The position numbers and the translations under genes were made by a program. The notes beneath the pieces were generated by a model, which did not search any database, was not told the DNA's origin, and worked only from the letters and a program-made list of their open reading frames with translations. Positions 1 through 14,241 of a stretch of DNA of 64,000 bases are shown in pieces. The number at the start of each line of letters is the position of its first letter. Position 1 is the stretch's first letter. Source of the DNA: Candidatus Methanoperedenaceae archaeon (GTDB taxonomy: Archaea; Halobacteriota; Methanosarcinia; Methanosarcinales; Methanoperedenaceae); contig CAVWCX010000004.1 of NCBI GenBank assembly GCA_963753595.1, forward strand, positions 1 through 64,000, read 5' to 3'.

Positions 1-2355
<2,355 letters not shown>

Positions 2356-2453
2356 ATTTTGTTTCACTACATTCGGGCGATATCCGGTGTTGCGCATTAT
2401 ACATGGTCTTTAACAAATCTTGGATGAATAACCGGGGTATTACCGTCATAAGC

Positions 2454-2580
2454 GAGTATAGCGGCCAAAGCGGCGGGGAAACACCTGTACCCATTCCGAA
2501 CACAGAAGTTAAGCCTGTCAACGTTTTACACTGTACTAAGATGTGCGAACTCTCGGGAACTGTAGAAAGTCGCTATGCTC
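2454..2580 (+). rRNA. rrf: 5S rRNA copy 1
   Basis: CCCATTCCGAACACAGAAGTTAAG motif; terminal helix GAGTATAGCGGC/GTCGCTATGCTC. Confidence 0.96.
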
Positions 2581-2713
2581 ACTTATTTCAACTGATTTTT
2601 CAACTGTTAATTTAAAATAATATATTTCGTTAATTCAGAAATCAAATCACAATAAAATATATATATATTCATAAGTCACCTGGATGAATAACCGGGGTAT
2701 TACCGTCATAAGC

Positions 2714-2840
2714 GAGTATAGCGGCCAAAGCGGCGGGGAAACACCTGTACCCATTCCGAACACAGAAGTTAAGCCTGTCAACGTTTTACATTGTACTAAG
2801 ATGTGCGAACTCTCGGGAACTGTAGAAAGTCGCTGTGTTC
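2714..2840 (+). rRNA. rrf: 5S rRNA copy 2
   Basis: Near-identical to copy 1 at +260 bp; three substitutions seen. Confidence 0.93.
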
Positions 2841-2866
2841 ACTTATTTCAACTCATTTTTCAACTG

Positions 2867-3628
2867 TTAATTTAAAATAATATATTTCGTTAATTCAGTA
2901 ATCAAATCACCATAAAATATTGATACATAGAAACCCAGTGTTATTGGTATCATGAATGGCAAACCAGGTGTGACCCATATATCTTTGATCAAACCCTTAT
3001 CGGACATTTTCTTAAGTTCATTCATAACATTATCATCAATTTCCAATCCTCCCCTTTTAAAATAAAAATTGATTTTATCATTTATCTTTTCAAATCCCTC
3101 GATCATTTTAATGTGCTTCTTATTTGAAAGTTCGCTGATTCTGGTTTTATAACCTATGAAGGCATACAATGGTTTATCGATATGCAAACCCATTTTTGAA
3201 ACATTGTAAAAGGCCAGGCTTAAAGGAACAACGATCGTGAGAAGCACTGCATTCTCAAATATCCCGAAGGCAAATAAATTACTGAAAAGCGGTAAAGGAT
3301 CATTAAGAGGGAAATCATATCCAAATAAACTAAAATCCGGATATGATGGAAAGAATAAAGATAGAACGATAAGCGATTTTGCGTCAGCTCCTCCAAAAAC
3401 ACCAATTTGGAATAAAAGATACACAAAAATAAAAATCAAACCGGTTGAAATAAGTAGTAGAAAGAGATAACCAATTCCATAGATCCAGATGTCATAAGCA
3501 ATAAAAAGAGCTCCACCTGCAAGCATCATAAGCCATAATTTATTTGTAACGCGGCGGGTTTTGATATCTGAATAACATGAATATAGTAAAAAAGGTGTGC
3601 AAAACAATATTTTTAATATATCCAACAT
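2867..3628 (-). CDS. Prepilin/prearchaellin peptidase, A24 family (FlaK/PibD-like)
   Basis: YSDIKTRRV and FGGADAK catalytic Asp motifs, C-terminal WVTPGLPF, multiple TM segments. Confidence 0.9.
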   Translation of the reverse strand: MLDILKILFCTPFLLYSCYSDIKTRRVTNKLWLMMLAGGALFIAYDIWIYGIGYLFLLLISTGLIFIFVYLLFQIGVFGGADAKSLIVLSLFFPSYPDFSLFGYDFPLNDPLPLFSNLFAFGIFENAVLLTIVVPLSLAFYNVSKMGLHIDKPLYAFIGYKTRISELSNKKHIKMIEGFEKINDKINFYFKRGGLEIDDNVMNELKKMSDKGLIKDIWVTPGLPFMIPITLGFYVSIFYGDLITELTKYIILN

Positions 3629-3719
3629 ATTCTTTTCATTGTTTTATATACTTATAAAATTATGCCTCTCGGAAGGCAAACTATTTAGACGAAAATACCA
3701 ATATACATCCACTCAACAT

Positions 3720-3793
3720 GCCGTCGTGGCTTAGCTCGGTAAAGCGGCTGATTCGTAATCAGCAGATCAAGGGTTCAAATCCCCTCGACGGCT
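3720..3793 (+). tRNA. tRNA-Thr(CGT)
   Basis: Acceptor stem GCCGTCG/CGACGGC, anticodon arm GCTGA-TT-CGT-AA-TCAGC, T-loop GTTCAAATC; no intron, CCA not encoded. Confidence 0.96.
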
Positions 3794-3828
3794 TTAAACA
3801 TCTGAAAAGTTGTTAATCCTGTTATTAT

Positions 3829-4926
3829 ATGTCAAATAGCAATGAAATGAAATCCAGAATTATTCTCCATGTTGACATGGATTATTTCTTTGCCCAATGT
3901 GAGGAGAGGGAAAATCCGAAAATAAAAGGAAAGCCCGTTGTTATTTGCGTTTATTCAGGCCGGGGCGGGGACTCTGGCGCTGTAAGCACGAGCAATTATG
4001 AAGCGCGTAAATTTGGTGTGAAGGCCGGAATACCGATCAGCCTTGCAAAAAAATTAGCTCCTCATGCAATATTCTTACCAGTAAATATGGAACTATACCA
4101 CACTATATCAGATGATGTGATGGAGATATTGAAAGAATATTCTGATAAAATTGAGCAGGAAAGTATAGATGAAGCATTTTGTGACCTGACAGAAAAAGTC
4201 AATGATTTTGAGGAGGCACAGAAGCTTGCCATACAATTAAAAGATGAAATAAAACAGAAAGTTGGTTTGACATGTTCGGTCGGGATAGGCCCAAACAAAC
4301 TTGTTGCCAAGATCGCATCGGATCACAACAAACCGGATGGCTTGACTGTTGTGAGGCCGGAAGAAGTATTACAGTTCTTGGGACCTCTAAAGATCACTGA
4401 CCTGATCGGTGTTGGTAAAAAGACAGGAGAAAGACTGAACGAACTTGGAGTTAAAAATATCGCAGATTTATCCAAAATAACAGCAGACGCACTTATTCGG
4501 GAGTTCGGACATGCGAAAGGTATCTGGCTGAAACAGGCTTCACAGGGGATCGATGATTCACCTGTCAGGGAGCGTTCCGGTACAGGACAGATTGGACGGA
4601 TAATTACATTGAAGGAAAATACTAAAGACTTGAATACGATATTTGATGCAGTGGATCAACTTTCATATGATATTCATATGAAACTGCAAGCAAGGAAGCT
4701 CAGTTTTAGATCGGTTTCATTTATTGCCATTTCTTCAGACTTAAAAATCCACACCAGGAGCCATACACTTCCCGCATCCGCAAAAGATCCCGGGACGATC
4801 AAAACCTATGCCCATGAACTTGTTAAAGCCTTCCTTGCAGAAAATCCAGTTGTTCTTCGACGGGTTGGGATACGGGTTGCAAATCTGGCGGAAGAAAAAG
4901 GCCAGAGAACGCTAGGGGAGTTTTGA
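3829..4926 (+). CDS. dinB: DNA polymerase IV (Y family)
   Basis: ILHVDMDYFFAQ, YEARKFGV, SIDEA, NKLVAKIASD motifs. Confidence 0.96.
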   Translation: MSNSNEMKSRIILHVDMDYFFAQCEERENPKIKGKPVVICVYSGRGGDSGAVSTSNYEARKFGVKAGIPISLAKKLAPHAIFLPVNMELYHTISDDVMEILKEYSDKIEQESIDEAFCDLTEKVNDFEEAQKLAIQLKDEIKQKVGLTCSVGIGPNKLVAKIASDHNKPDGLTVVRPEEVLQFLGPLKITDLIGVGKKTGERLNELGVKNIADLSKITADALIREFGHAKGIWLKQASQGIDDSPVRERSGTGQIGRIITLKENTKDLNTIFDAVDQLSYDIHMKLQARKLSFRSVSFIAISSDLKIHTRSHTLPASAKDPGTIKTYAHELVKAFLAENPVVLRRVGIRVANLAEEKGQRTLGEF

Positions 4927-5070
4927 TATATTTGTGGAACGACATGCAGGACATTCAATATAACGAACAGGCAGCCCTTTAAACTTATTACCACAATCCC
5001 TGCAGGTGCATTCGTCCAGATGCATGTCTCTCAAAGCATTTATTTTATATTCGTCTCTGGCATTACTCAT
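4912..5070 (-). CDS. Small zinc-ribbon protein, 52 aa (not in ORF track)
   Basis: Manual translation MSNARDEYKINALRDMHLDECTCRDCGNKFKGLPVRYIECPACRSTNISKLP; CxxC...CPxC; 35 bp downstream of catalase, same strand. Confidence 0.7.
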   Translation of the reverse strand: MSNARDEYKINALRDMHLDECTCRDCGNKFKGLPVRYIECPACRSTNISKLP

Positions 5071-5105
5071 TTTTTTAACTCTTTTTTATTTTTTTTTTCC
5101 AATAT

Positions 5106-6620
5106 CTATGATGTTGCTTTTGCTCGTTCATCATGCGACATATTAGCTAATTTCTCAACTTCTTTTATATCCAGGTTAAGTCCCCTGGCAACACGACTGC
5201 CATAATCCGGATCTGCTTTGAAAAATAGTGCAGTCTGGCGCAATTGTATACGCTTTTGCGACCCGCCAAGATGGCCAATAATATTTCCTGCCAGATTCTC
5301 ACGATCCTGATCTGTCATTACATCACGATACAAATTTCCCGGCTGGACAAAATCATCGTTGGGATGGGTAAATTTGTAACGATCTGTAAATCCAGATATC
5401 TCAAAAGGCGGTTCTTTTAAAGAAATGTCTGGCGAAGGCCCATTAAAGCTATTCGGCCAGTAATTCGGGCCGCTGCCGCCGTTTGGATCATTACGCATGA
5501 ATCCATCACGCTGATAGCTGTTTTCACGCGCATTTTTCGGGGCATTCACTGGCAAAAGGTGGTAGTTGGGTCCCAGCCTGTGCAGATGTGTATCATGATA
5601 TGAGAAAAGACGGCCCTGGAGCATCTTATCGGGTGAAGCGGCAATCCCCTGAACAAGGTTTCCCGGGCCGAATGCAGCTTGCTCAACTTCTGCAAAATAA
5701 TTTTCAGGATTGCGGTTCAAAACCAGCTTACCGACATTAATAGGTGGAAAGTCAGTATGAGGCCAGACTTTAGTTACATCCAGGATATCAAAACGGTAAT
5801 CTTTAGCCTGCAAAGGAGTCATTATCTGCATCTGGAGAGTCCATGATGGGTAATCTCCCCTTTTTATAGCCTCATATAGATCTCTTGTAGCATGGTCAGG
5901 GTCCTTTGCTCGCATGATCTCAGCTTCCTGTCGTGTGAGATTCTTGATCCCCTGGTCTGTCTTAAAATGATATTTAACCCAGAAATATTCGTTATTCTCA
6001 TTATACCACTTGTAGGTATGACTACTATAGCCATTCATGTTCCGAAATGTAGCTGGAATGCCACGATCTGAAAAGAGAATGGTTACCTGGTGTATGGATT
6101 CAGGTGTCAGGGAAAGGAAATCCCAGAACATATCCGGATCCTTGCAATTGGTGGCAGGGTTACGCTTCTGTGTGTGTATGAAATCCGGGAATTTTAACGG
6201 GTCACGTATAAAAAAAACCGGTGTATTGTTTCCGACAAGATCATAGTTACCTTCTTCGGTATAGAACTTTATCGCAAATCCCCGTGGATCACGCTCGGCA
6301 TCTGCTGATCCTTTTTCTCCTCCCACAGTTGAAAACCTGGCAAATACTTCAGTTCTCTTGCCAATTTCAGATAGGAATTTTGCTTTTGTGTACCTGGTTA
6401 CATCTGCCGTAACCTCAAAGTATCCACCTGCTCCAGCCCCTTTTGCATGCACTACACGTTCAGGGATACGTTCTCGATCAAAGTGAGCCAACTTCTCCAG
6501 GAGGTGAACATCCTGCATCATGACAGGTCCCCTCTCTCCCGCTGTGAGGCTATTCTGGTCATCAGCTACAGGTATCCCAAAAGCAGTCGTTAATTTATTT
6601 GTCTTGTTCTTGTTTGTCAT
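5106..6620 (-). CDS. katA: Monofunctional heme catalase (small subunit)
   Basis: [15 protein letters not shown] active site, RLFSYHDT proximal heme ligand. Confidence 0.96.
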   Translation of the reverse strand: MTNKNKTNKLTTAFGIPVADDQNSLTAGERGPVMMQDVHLLEKLAHFDRERIPERVVHAKGAGAGGYFEVTADVTRYTKAKFLSEIGKRTEVFARFSTVGGEKGSADAERDPRGFAIKFYTEEGNYDLVGNNTPVFFIRDPLKFPDFIHTQKRNPATNCKDPDMFWDFLSLTPESIHQVTILFSDRGIPATFRNMNGYSSHTYKWYNENNEYFWVKYHFKTDQGIKNLTRQEAEIMRAKDPDHATRDLYEAIKRGDYPSWTLQMQIMTPLQAKDYRFDILDVTKVWPHTDFPPINVGKLVLNRNPENYFAEVEQAAFGPGNLVQGIAASPDKMLQGRLFSYHDTHLHRLGPNYHLLPVNAPKNARENSYQRDGFMRNDPNGGSGPNYWPNSFNGPSPDISLKEPPFEISGFTDRYKFTHPNDDFVQPGNLYRDVMTDQDRENLAGNIIGHLGGSQKRIQLRQTALFFKADPDYGSRVARGLNLDIKEVEKLANMSHDERAKATS

Positions 6621-6795
6621 GTTAACTCCCTCTTAATTATTTGATTCAAAAAACTTCCACTTGATAATATGGTATGGTAAGCTGTATATATAATTCTTGG
6701 CCTCCAACAGAACAAAATCGCAATTTGTTTGCCCCCACCAGGAAATGATTATGCTAGCAGGAAATTTTAATAGCTTGCACTCGTTAAGAGGCTTT

Positions 6796-7401
6796 ATGAG
6801 CCCGATCTCAAGACGATATTCCTTGAAAATCATTCTATGTATCCTTGCAATTGTATTTTTGATCGCTGTGGCACCAAATGATAAGCAGCTGGGCTCGATC
6901 CTGAAAATAATATATCTTCATGGAGCTGTCACAATAACAGGGTTGCTTCTATTTTGTGCAGTTGGCGCCGTGAGCCTTTTTTCATTTTTCAGGAAAGAAA
7001 GATCAAGCATTTCATTGTTGTTTGCCCTGGAAAAAACAGCAATTATTTTCTGGTTTGCATCTTTTGTCCTTGGAAGTATATCATCAAAACTTGCATGGGG
7101 TGGAGTATTGTGGAGCGAGCCCAGGTTTAAAGCAACCATCATTATTCTCTTGATATCTGTTGGTGTCTATTTTATCTCTACTGCAATTAATGGTATGGCA
7201 ACTTATCTTGGGCCGGGTCTTTGCATTTCGGTATGGGTCATGTTGTTAAATGCAAGAAGGGTCCTGCATCCTGAAAATCCCTTTTTAGCGTCTGAAACAC
7301 TGATTCAGTTCTTCTTTATCATCATAACTGGAATTTTTTTGGTTATTTCTGTGCTGATGGTGCGGTGGATGATGGCGACGTCTGAAAATTCGGTTAGTTG
7401 A
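6796..7401 (+). CDS. Cytochrome c biogenesis heme-delivery protein, CcmC-like
   Basis: IIYLHG, W-rich AWGGVLWSEPR, C-terminal LHP, ~6 TM; ATG 6796 follows AAGAGG. Confidence 0.75.
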   Translation: MSPISRRYSLKIILCILAIVFLIAVAPNDKQLGSILKIIYLHGAVTITGLLLFCAVGAVSLFSFFRKERSSISLLFALEKTAIIFWFASFVLGSISSKLAWGGVLWSEPRFKATIIILLISVGVYFISTAINGMATYLGPGLCISVWVMLLNARRVLHPENPFLASETLIQFFFIIITGIFLVISVLMVRWMMATSENSVS

Positions 7402-7424
7402 TAGGATATTGGAAAAAAGTAAAT

Positions 7425-7721
7425 TTACGGTTTCGGAAGATTACATTCTTTGCCATACTTAATGCCCCAGGAAGTCCACAAAACCCCGAGAATCGCTGCC
7501 GCCAGGAGTAAGGCAACCAGAATAACAGCGATCTGCTGAAAAAGGCTGAATGATGATGCGAAAAATGCAACATAAATTATCGCAAAAATCAACAAGCCAA
7601 AGAAAATTATTATTGATACAACGACTCTTGATGTAAGTCCAGGCGGAATTTCCAGATTTTCATTATCGTTCATATTTAATATGCCCCCTGTTTTTTCCGA
7701 TGTCGGTTGGTAATTAACCAC
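7425..7721 (-). CDS. Small 2-TM membrane protein (true start probably 7673)
   Basis: Two hydrophobic helices. Confidence 0.65.
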   Translation of the reverse strand: MVNYQPTSEKTGGILNMNDNENLEIPPGLTSRVVVSIIIFFGLLIFAIIYVAFFASSFSLFQQIAVILVALLLAAAILGVLWTSWGIKYGKECNLPKP

Positions 7722-7852
7722 TCTTATGGTAAGTACTTGATTCTGATACCATATAAAATTAACTTAAATCTATTTTTTCACAGGAAACAGTTATTTATTC
7801 GTGACATAATTGTATCAAGAAGGAAACTTCCCGCCAAATACTTGAGAGGATA

Positions 7853-8485
7853 ATGATGAATATCTCAAATAAAGAACATTGGAATGAAATCTATGAGGCA
7901 TTAGATCCGGATGAGCTGACATGGTATGAAGAAATTCCTGCACCTTCTATGAAATTACTGTCCAAATGCAATATTCACAAAGATGAACCCATATTAGATG
8001 TGGGGGCAGGCGCATCAACATTTATCGATTATCTTATTGATCAGGGATTCAAAAATATCATTGCTGCTGATATTAGTGAAATAGCTTTGAACAAGCTAAA
8101 AGAAAGATTGGGTACAGAAAAAGCCTCCTTAGTGAGGTGGATAGTAGATGATATTACTCAGCCAGCTCATATCCAGAATTTAAGAGATATTGCGGTGTGG
8201 CATGACAGGGCAGTTTTACATTTCTTATTAGAAGAAGATCAGCAGCAAATGTATTTATCCACTCTGAAGAAAGTGATCAAAAAAGGCGGTTATGTTATTA
8301 TCGCTGCCTTTTCATTAAAGGGGGCAAAAAAGTGTAGCGGCCTGGATGTAAAAAATTATGACCAGAACATGCTGGCGAAATTCTTGGGCGAGGATTTTAC
8401 GCTGCTTGAATATTTTGATTATACATATTATATGCCTTCGGGTGAGCCAAGACCATACATATATGCTTTATTTCAAAACCAGTGA
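7853..8485 (+). CDS. Class I SAM-dependent methyltransferase
   Basis: ILDVGAGAS motif I, WHDRAVLHFL, CSGL. Confidence 0.9.
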   Translation: MMNISNKEHWNEIYEALDPDELTWYEEIPAPSMKLLSKCNIHKDEPILDVGAGASTFIDYLIDQGFKNIIAADISEIALNKLKERLGTEKASLVRWIVDDITQPAHIQNLRDIAVWHDRAVLHFLLEEDQQQMYLSTLKKVIKKGGYVIIAAFSLKGAKKCSGLDVKNYDQNMLAKFLGEDFTLLEYFDYTYYMPSGEPRPYIYALFQNQ

Positions 8486-8622
8486 ATTGAGCAATGCCGC
8501 TATTTTTGAAAGAAAAAGTAAAAGAATTGCACTATTTTGGTTTCATATTTTCGATGCAGCCACTTCGCATCACTTCCCGATATATTAATAATCCTCCTGC
8601 TCATTAAAGCCCCCTGATACCA

Positions 8623-9922
8623 ATGATAAGAACTCATTACTCAAACCAGATAACCCCGGAAATGAACGGCAACAGCGTCACTGTTTGCGGATGGGCGCAT
8701 GAGATACGCGACCTTGGCGGAATTATGTTCCTTGTTGTGAGGGACAGGGAAGGACTGATACAGGTCACGCTTTTTAAGAAAGCTATTGATAATAACGTGC
8801 TTGAGGTCGTTAAAAGCATAAGCCGCGAATCGGTCGTGTCGGTTACCGGAACTGTCAAGAAAGAGGCAAAAGCGCCAAACGGTTATGAACTTGTCCCGAC
8901 GGCAGTTACCATACTTGGAAAAGCCGAATCACCGCTTCCAATGGATACCACGGGGAAAGTTGACGCAGACCTTGATACCCGCCTGGATGTGCGCTTTATG
9001 GACATGCGGCGCCTCAGGACAACATCAATTTTCAGGCTTCGTAACCTTCTTCTGAAAAGTATCCGCGAATACCTTGACAGGGAAGGTTTTGTGGAGATCA
9101 CAACCCCAAAAGTAGTAGCTACAGCAACAGAAGGAGGAACAGCGCTTTTCCCGATCACTTATTTTGAACGCGAAGCATTTCTCAACCAGAGCCCGCAATT
9201 ATTCAAACAGCTTATGATGTCAGGAGGACTTGACCGCGTATATGAGATCGGGCCCAATCTTCCGGGCTGAGGAACATGACACAAGAAAACACCTGAATGA
9301 AGCTACATCTATTGATATTGAAGCAAGTTTCATTGACAACGAAGATGTAATGGTGATACTTGAGAACCTTGTAAATTATGTTTACAAATACGTTGCAGAA
9401 AATGGCCAGGTATATTTGAAAAACCTGGGAGTTGAGATAAAAATACCTCAGCTTCCCTTCAAGCGAATAACCTATACTGAAGCCATCAAGATCGCGAAAG
9501 ATCATGGCGAACAGATCGAATGGGGCGACGACCTTTCAACAGAATCCGAACACTCCATAGGGAGAACCATCGGTGAGCATTATTTCATTACTGACTGGCC
9601 TTCTAAGATCAAACCATTCTATGCTTTGCCATATGCAGATAAACCGGAACTTTGCAGGGCTTTTGATATGATGCACCCGCGCATGGAGCTTTCTTCAGGC
9701 GCGCAGCGCGTTCATGATCCTGAATTACTGCGGGAAAGGATAACAGCGCAGGGATTGAATGCCGATGGTTTTGATTTCTACCTCAAGGCTTTCAAATACG
9801 GTATGCCGCCCCATTCCGGCTGGGGAGTAGGAGCAGAACGCCTGCTAATGACAATGCTCGGAATTGAAAATATCCGCGAGGTCGTATTATTCCCGCGTGA
9901 CAGAAGGCGGTTATCTCCATAA
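8623..9922 (+). CDS. aspS: Aspartate--tRNA ligase, archaeal type; apparent +1 frameshift at ~9254
   Basis: OB-fold N-terminus, QSPQLFKQ, motif 2 (GPIFRAE restored by removing one C), [19 protein letters not shown]. Confidence 0.93.
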
Positions 9923-10017
9923 ATTATTTAACTTAAAAGTATGTTTATGATGCGAAGAGTCAAGATTTACCAAAAACTATTTGACCATTTTAACCGTTAA
10001 GAGAAAGAGGGATTTAG

Positions 10018-10728
10018 ATGAGCACTGAAAGGGATATCATAATAGAAAGGCTTGAGCAAAAACTGGCTGCCAGGGATAAAGAATTCACACAAATGCAGGA
10101 AGCATTGCGGGAATCCATTGTTATTGAAATGGAAAAACGTTTTACTGATAAAATAAAACTTCGGGAATCTACACTTGAAGACATGAGGGCAAAATTTGGC
10201 GAAAAGATCAATGAGATAATCCAGATGAATAAATCCCTCCGGGATTCAGTGATGGAGAAAAAAAATATTGAAACAAGTTCATTGCGCCATTACGAGACCC
10301 GTATGGAAAAGATGGAACGCAGGCTCATCGAGCTCAATAGCGCTTATGATGGTGTAATGAAAGAGCTTCTTGACCAGAAATCGATACTCCAGGAAATAAG
10401 ACCAACGAAACCCAGGGAAGAAACCAGGTCAAGACAAGAAGCCAGGCAAAAAGAAGAGTCCAGGCCAAAAGAAGAACCAAAACGTAGAGAAGAGGCAAAG
10501 CCTGCTGAAAAGGAAAGGCCAAAAACCCAGTACATTATAGCAGATAATTATGTTCCCAAAGAAAAGAGAAAACAAGCGCCAATAATCGAAGCTGACGAAA
10601 AGCCCATTGATGCTGAAGAAAAGGCAAGAGAACTGCAGAAAGAACAACTTAAAAAACCTACGACAAAAAAAAGTGAAAAGATAATGGAAGGAGTGGAAAT
10701 AAGCGAGACCTTGAAAAGAGGTAAATAG
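10018..10728 (+). CDS. Coiled-coil protein translationally coupled to smc
   Basis: Charged heptad N-half, E/K/P-rich linker; stop overlaps the smc GTG. Confidence 0.8.
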   Translation: MSTERDIIIERLEQKLAARDKEFTQMQEALRESIVIEMEKRFTDKIKLRESTLEDMRAKFGEKINEIIQMNKSLRDSVMEKKNIETSSLRHYETRMEKMERRLIELNSAYDGVMKELLDQKSILQEIRPTKPREETRSRQEARQKEESRPKEEPKRREEAKPAEKERPKTQYIIADNYVPKEKRKQAPIIEADEKPIDAEEKARELQKEQLKKPTTKKSEKIMEGVEISETLKRGK

Positions 10729-13700
10729 TGCATATCAAAGAGATAGAGCTTCAAAACTTCAAATCCTTTGGAAAAAAAGTAAAAATACCTTTCTTTGATG
10801 ATTTCACGACCATTTCCGGCCCAAACGGAAGTGGTAAATCAAATATAGTCGATAGCATCCTTTTTTGTCTTGGTCTCTCAAGTTCCAGGGTTTTGCGGGC
10901 AGAGAAACTTACAGATCTTATTTTTAATGGTGATACAAAAGTAAAAAGGGATTTTGCCCAGGTTACAATACATTTTGACAACACTGACAGGGAAATGCCG
11001 GTGGATTCAGACGAGATAGTCATAACACGCAAAATAAGACGCACAGAATCCGGTTATTACAGTTATTATTATTTTAATGAAAAAGCAGTAAGCTTAAATG
11101 ATATTCATAATTACCTTTCAAAAGCCAAGATAACGCCGGAAGGTTATAATGTGGTCATGCAGGGGGATGTCACAGCTATAATTGAAATGACACAGACCGA
11201 AAGGCGAAAAATCATAGATGAGATAGCAGGCGTTGCTGAGTTCGATGAGAAAAAAGACCAGGCTCTGAATGAACTGGATATCGTGCGTGAAAGGATAGAA
11301 CGGGTAGATATCATACTTGCTGAAGTCGATGACCAGATGAGCAAACTAAGGCAGGAACGTGACCAGGCCTTAAAATACCAGTCGCTTCGTGATGAAAAAA
11401 GAAAATATGAAGGTTATATTCTTCTCGCCAGGCAAAAAGATGCAAAGTTGGAACTGGAAAGACTAGGCGGGGAATTGCAGGATAAAGAGACAAAAAAAAT
11501 TGATATCATAAAACAAATTGAAGATCGCCAAAAGGACCTTCTCGAGATCGAAGAAAAGCTAACCGGCTTGAATTCATTAATTATCCGGAAAGGTGAGAAC
11601 GAACAGATAACCCTCAGGAAAGAGATCGAATCCATAAGGGGTGAGATATCCCGCTGCATGAGCACGATCGAACTTGCAGAAAATGAGATAAATGATATCG
11701 ACTCCCAGAAAAGGAAAGCTTTCCTTGATGTGGATGCTGTCCAGGGCAAAATAAAGGAATTTGATGCTAAACTGAAAGAAGAAACCCAGCGCAATGAAAC
11801 TATTAAAGGAGAGGTCAGCAATAAAAATTCACAACTTCTTATTTTAAAGAGCAAGATATCAGAAGTGGATGCAAAGTTTGTTGAGATCCGTGACAGGCTA
11901 ACAGTTGCAAAGCTTGGTCTTGAGACCCTGAAGAACGAAAAAAATGAATTGATGCGTGAGGAAGACCGCCTGCTTGATTCTGCCCGCAGGAAATCCTCAG
12001 AAAGCAGGGACAGGGAGCTGGAGATTGAGGATGCCGTCTCAAAAATGAAGTCTGCTGGATTTTGACGCTGCAAATGCAAAGGCTGGTATCGAAGAAATAA
12101 GCGGCAAGAAACGTGAACTTTCACGGGATATGATCGACCTTGAAAAAAACAGGGTGCAGATAAAGAGCGTAATTTCCGATATCGAGAATACCCTCAGGAC
12201 GTTCCACCAGGAATATGCAAAATCAGAGGCGCGTATCCGCGCTGCTGCTGAGATCAGTTATAGCGGGCCTGTTGATGCAATTCTCAAGGCGCGAAAGGAC
12301 AAGGAATTACCCGGTATTTATGGCACGATAGCAGAACTTGGCAAAGTCGATAAGAAATATTCTGTTGCCCTTGAGATAGCAGCCGGTGGGCGTTTGCAAT
12401 CGGTTGTGGTTGATTCGGATGAGGATGCAGCCCGTGCGATCAATTACCTGAAAGAACGACGCCTTGGCAGGGTGACATTCCTGCCCCTTAATAAGATGGA
12501 AGGGGCACAAAAAATGTCACGGACCGAAAAAGAAGGCATCATTGATTATGCTATTAATCTTGTTAATTATGATGCAAAATTTGACCCTGCGTTCTGGTAT
12601 GTATTCAGGGATACAATTGTATCGGAAAATCTCACCACTGCAAGGCGGCTTATGGGAAATAAGCGATTAGTGACGCTTGACGGTGAACTCCTGGAAAAAG
12701 GCGGGGCAATGACAGGAGGTTCGATTAAATCAAGGCTTTCATTTGCAAGCGGTGAAGAAGATAATATCAAGAAGATCGCGGAACAGATATCAGAATACGA
12801 GGGCAGGCGAAAATCCGCCGTAAAAAAACTTGAAACACTGGAAGAACATCTTTCCGGGATCAAGTCAGAATCTGCTGGTTTTGATAATGAGGTCACAAGG
12901 TTAAAGATGCAATTAACTGAGATCGAGGGACGCGGCACCCGTTTAACTGAAGTTATCGAAACAAGGAACAGGGAACTTAAAGAGATCGAGGCTGCCCGCA
13001 TAAAGATCAAAAGTGACATGGATAATGTGGAAAGTCAAAAACGGGAGAAAGACGCAGCGATCAATACCATACTTGAAGAAATCGGTTCGATCGAAGTATT
13101 ATTGAAAGGCTCGCAGGTTCCTGAACTTAACAACAGGGCAACACAGATCGAAGAGGAGATCCAGAGGCTTGATAGCAGGATCCGGGATATTGAAGCAGGG
13201 ATCAATTCAGTAACACTTGAGCGTAAATATGCACAAGGTAAGATCGAAGAGACGCGGCAGAGGCTTCTGGAACTTGATACAAAGAAAGAAGAACACCGCG
13301 TGAAGATAACTGGTTTGAAGGAGAGCATCAAGACGTTTGAATCAGACCTGAATCTAAAGAGATCAAGGGAAAAAGAATTGGGCGGGGAACTTCTGGAGCT
13401 TCAGGATAAAAGGGCGCTGGTACAGAAGGAACACTCATCATTGAAAGACAGGCTCCTGGATACAGAACGGCTGAAAATCGATATCGACAGGACTTTGCAG
13501 GCATTATATTCAACAAAGGATGCATTGACCGAGCAGATTATCAAGCTTGATAATGAAATTGCAGGGCTTGGAATAGAACGAAATGAAGATATACCGTCAT
13601 CTGAAGCGATCACCCAGAGAATTCAGGCGCTTACAAGGGCGATGGAGAAACTTGAACCTGTGAACATGAGGGCGATCGATGAGTATAACGAGGTGGAGAA

Positions 13701-14241
13701 CAGGCAAAAAGATCTTAAATCAAAACGCGACATACTGTTCAATGAACGGGAAGAGCTGTTGATCCGCATCAAGAAGTATGAGGAACTCAAGAAAGAATCA
13801 TTCATGGAGACTTTTAATGGGGTTAATGAGCAATTCAAACAGGTCTTTGCGGAATTATCTGAAGGGACAGGCTCTCTTTTCCTTGAAAAACCGGATGAGC
13901 CGTTCACAGGCGGGATGACCATAAAAGCCCAGCCCTCAGAAAAGACATTGCAACGCCTTGAAGCCATGTCTGGCGGTGAAAAGAGTTTGACCGCATTGTC
14001 GCTTCTGTTTGCCATCCAGCAATACAGGCCGGCGCCTTTCTATGCGTTTGATGAAATCGATATGTTCCTTGATGGCGTGAATGCTGAAAGGGTAGCAAGG
14101 CGCATCCACAAATCCGCTGGCAATGCGCAGTTCATCGTGGTCTCGCTGAGAAAACCAATGATCGAGGCGGCCAAACGTACCATCGGGGTCGCGATGCAGG
14201 AGAATAATATATCTAGTGTGACCGGGATCAAGTTGAATTGA
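10728..14241 (+). CDS. smc: Chromosome segregation protein SMC; apparent +1 frameshift at ~12057
   Basis: Walker A GPNGSGKSN, hinge GRVTFLPL/LVTLDGE, signature MSGGEKS, Walker B FDEID. Confidence 0.94.

Larger units (their letters stand above)
2421..2920. repeat. Tandem duplication, 260-bp period (5S gene + 3' end of prepilin peptidase gene)
   Basis: 2421-2660 is repeated at 2681-2920 with few mismatches. Confidence 0.95.

Noticed and set aside
3720-8600. Integrated element at tRNA-Thr
   Set aside because: No integrase and no duplicated tRNA 3' end (att site) seen by eye
10400-10530. Short EE(S/T/A)(R/K)(P/S/Q) peptide repeats
   Set aside because: Low-complexity linker within a CDS, not an independent repeat element
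9230-12130. Programmed frameshifting or true split genes in aspS/smc
   Set aside because: No slippery heptamer or stimulatory structure; the same +1 pattern in five unrelated genes points to sequencing error
11414-14231. Long antisense ORFs inside smc, and similarly pelota (22696-23412) and sat (49003-49554)
   Set aside because: Shadow ORFs caused by codon bias of the sense genes
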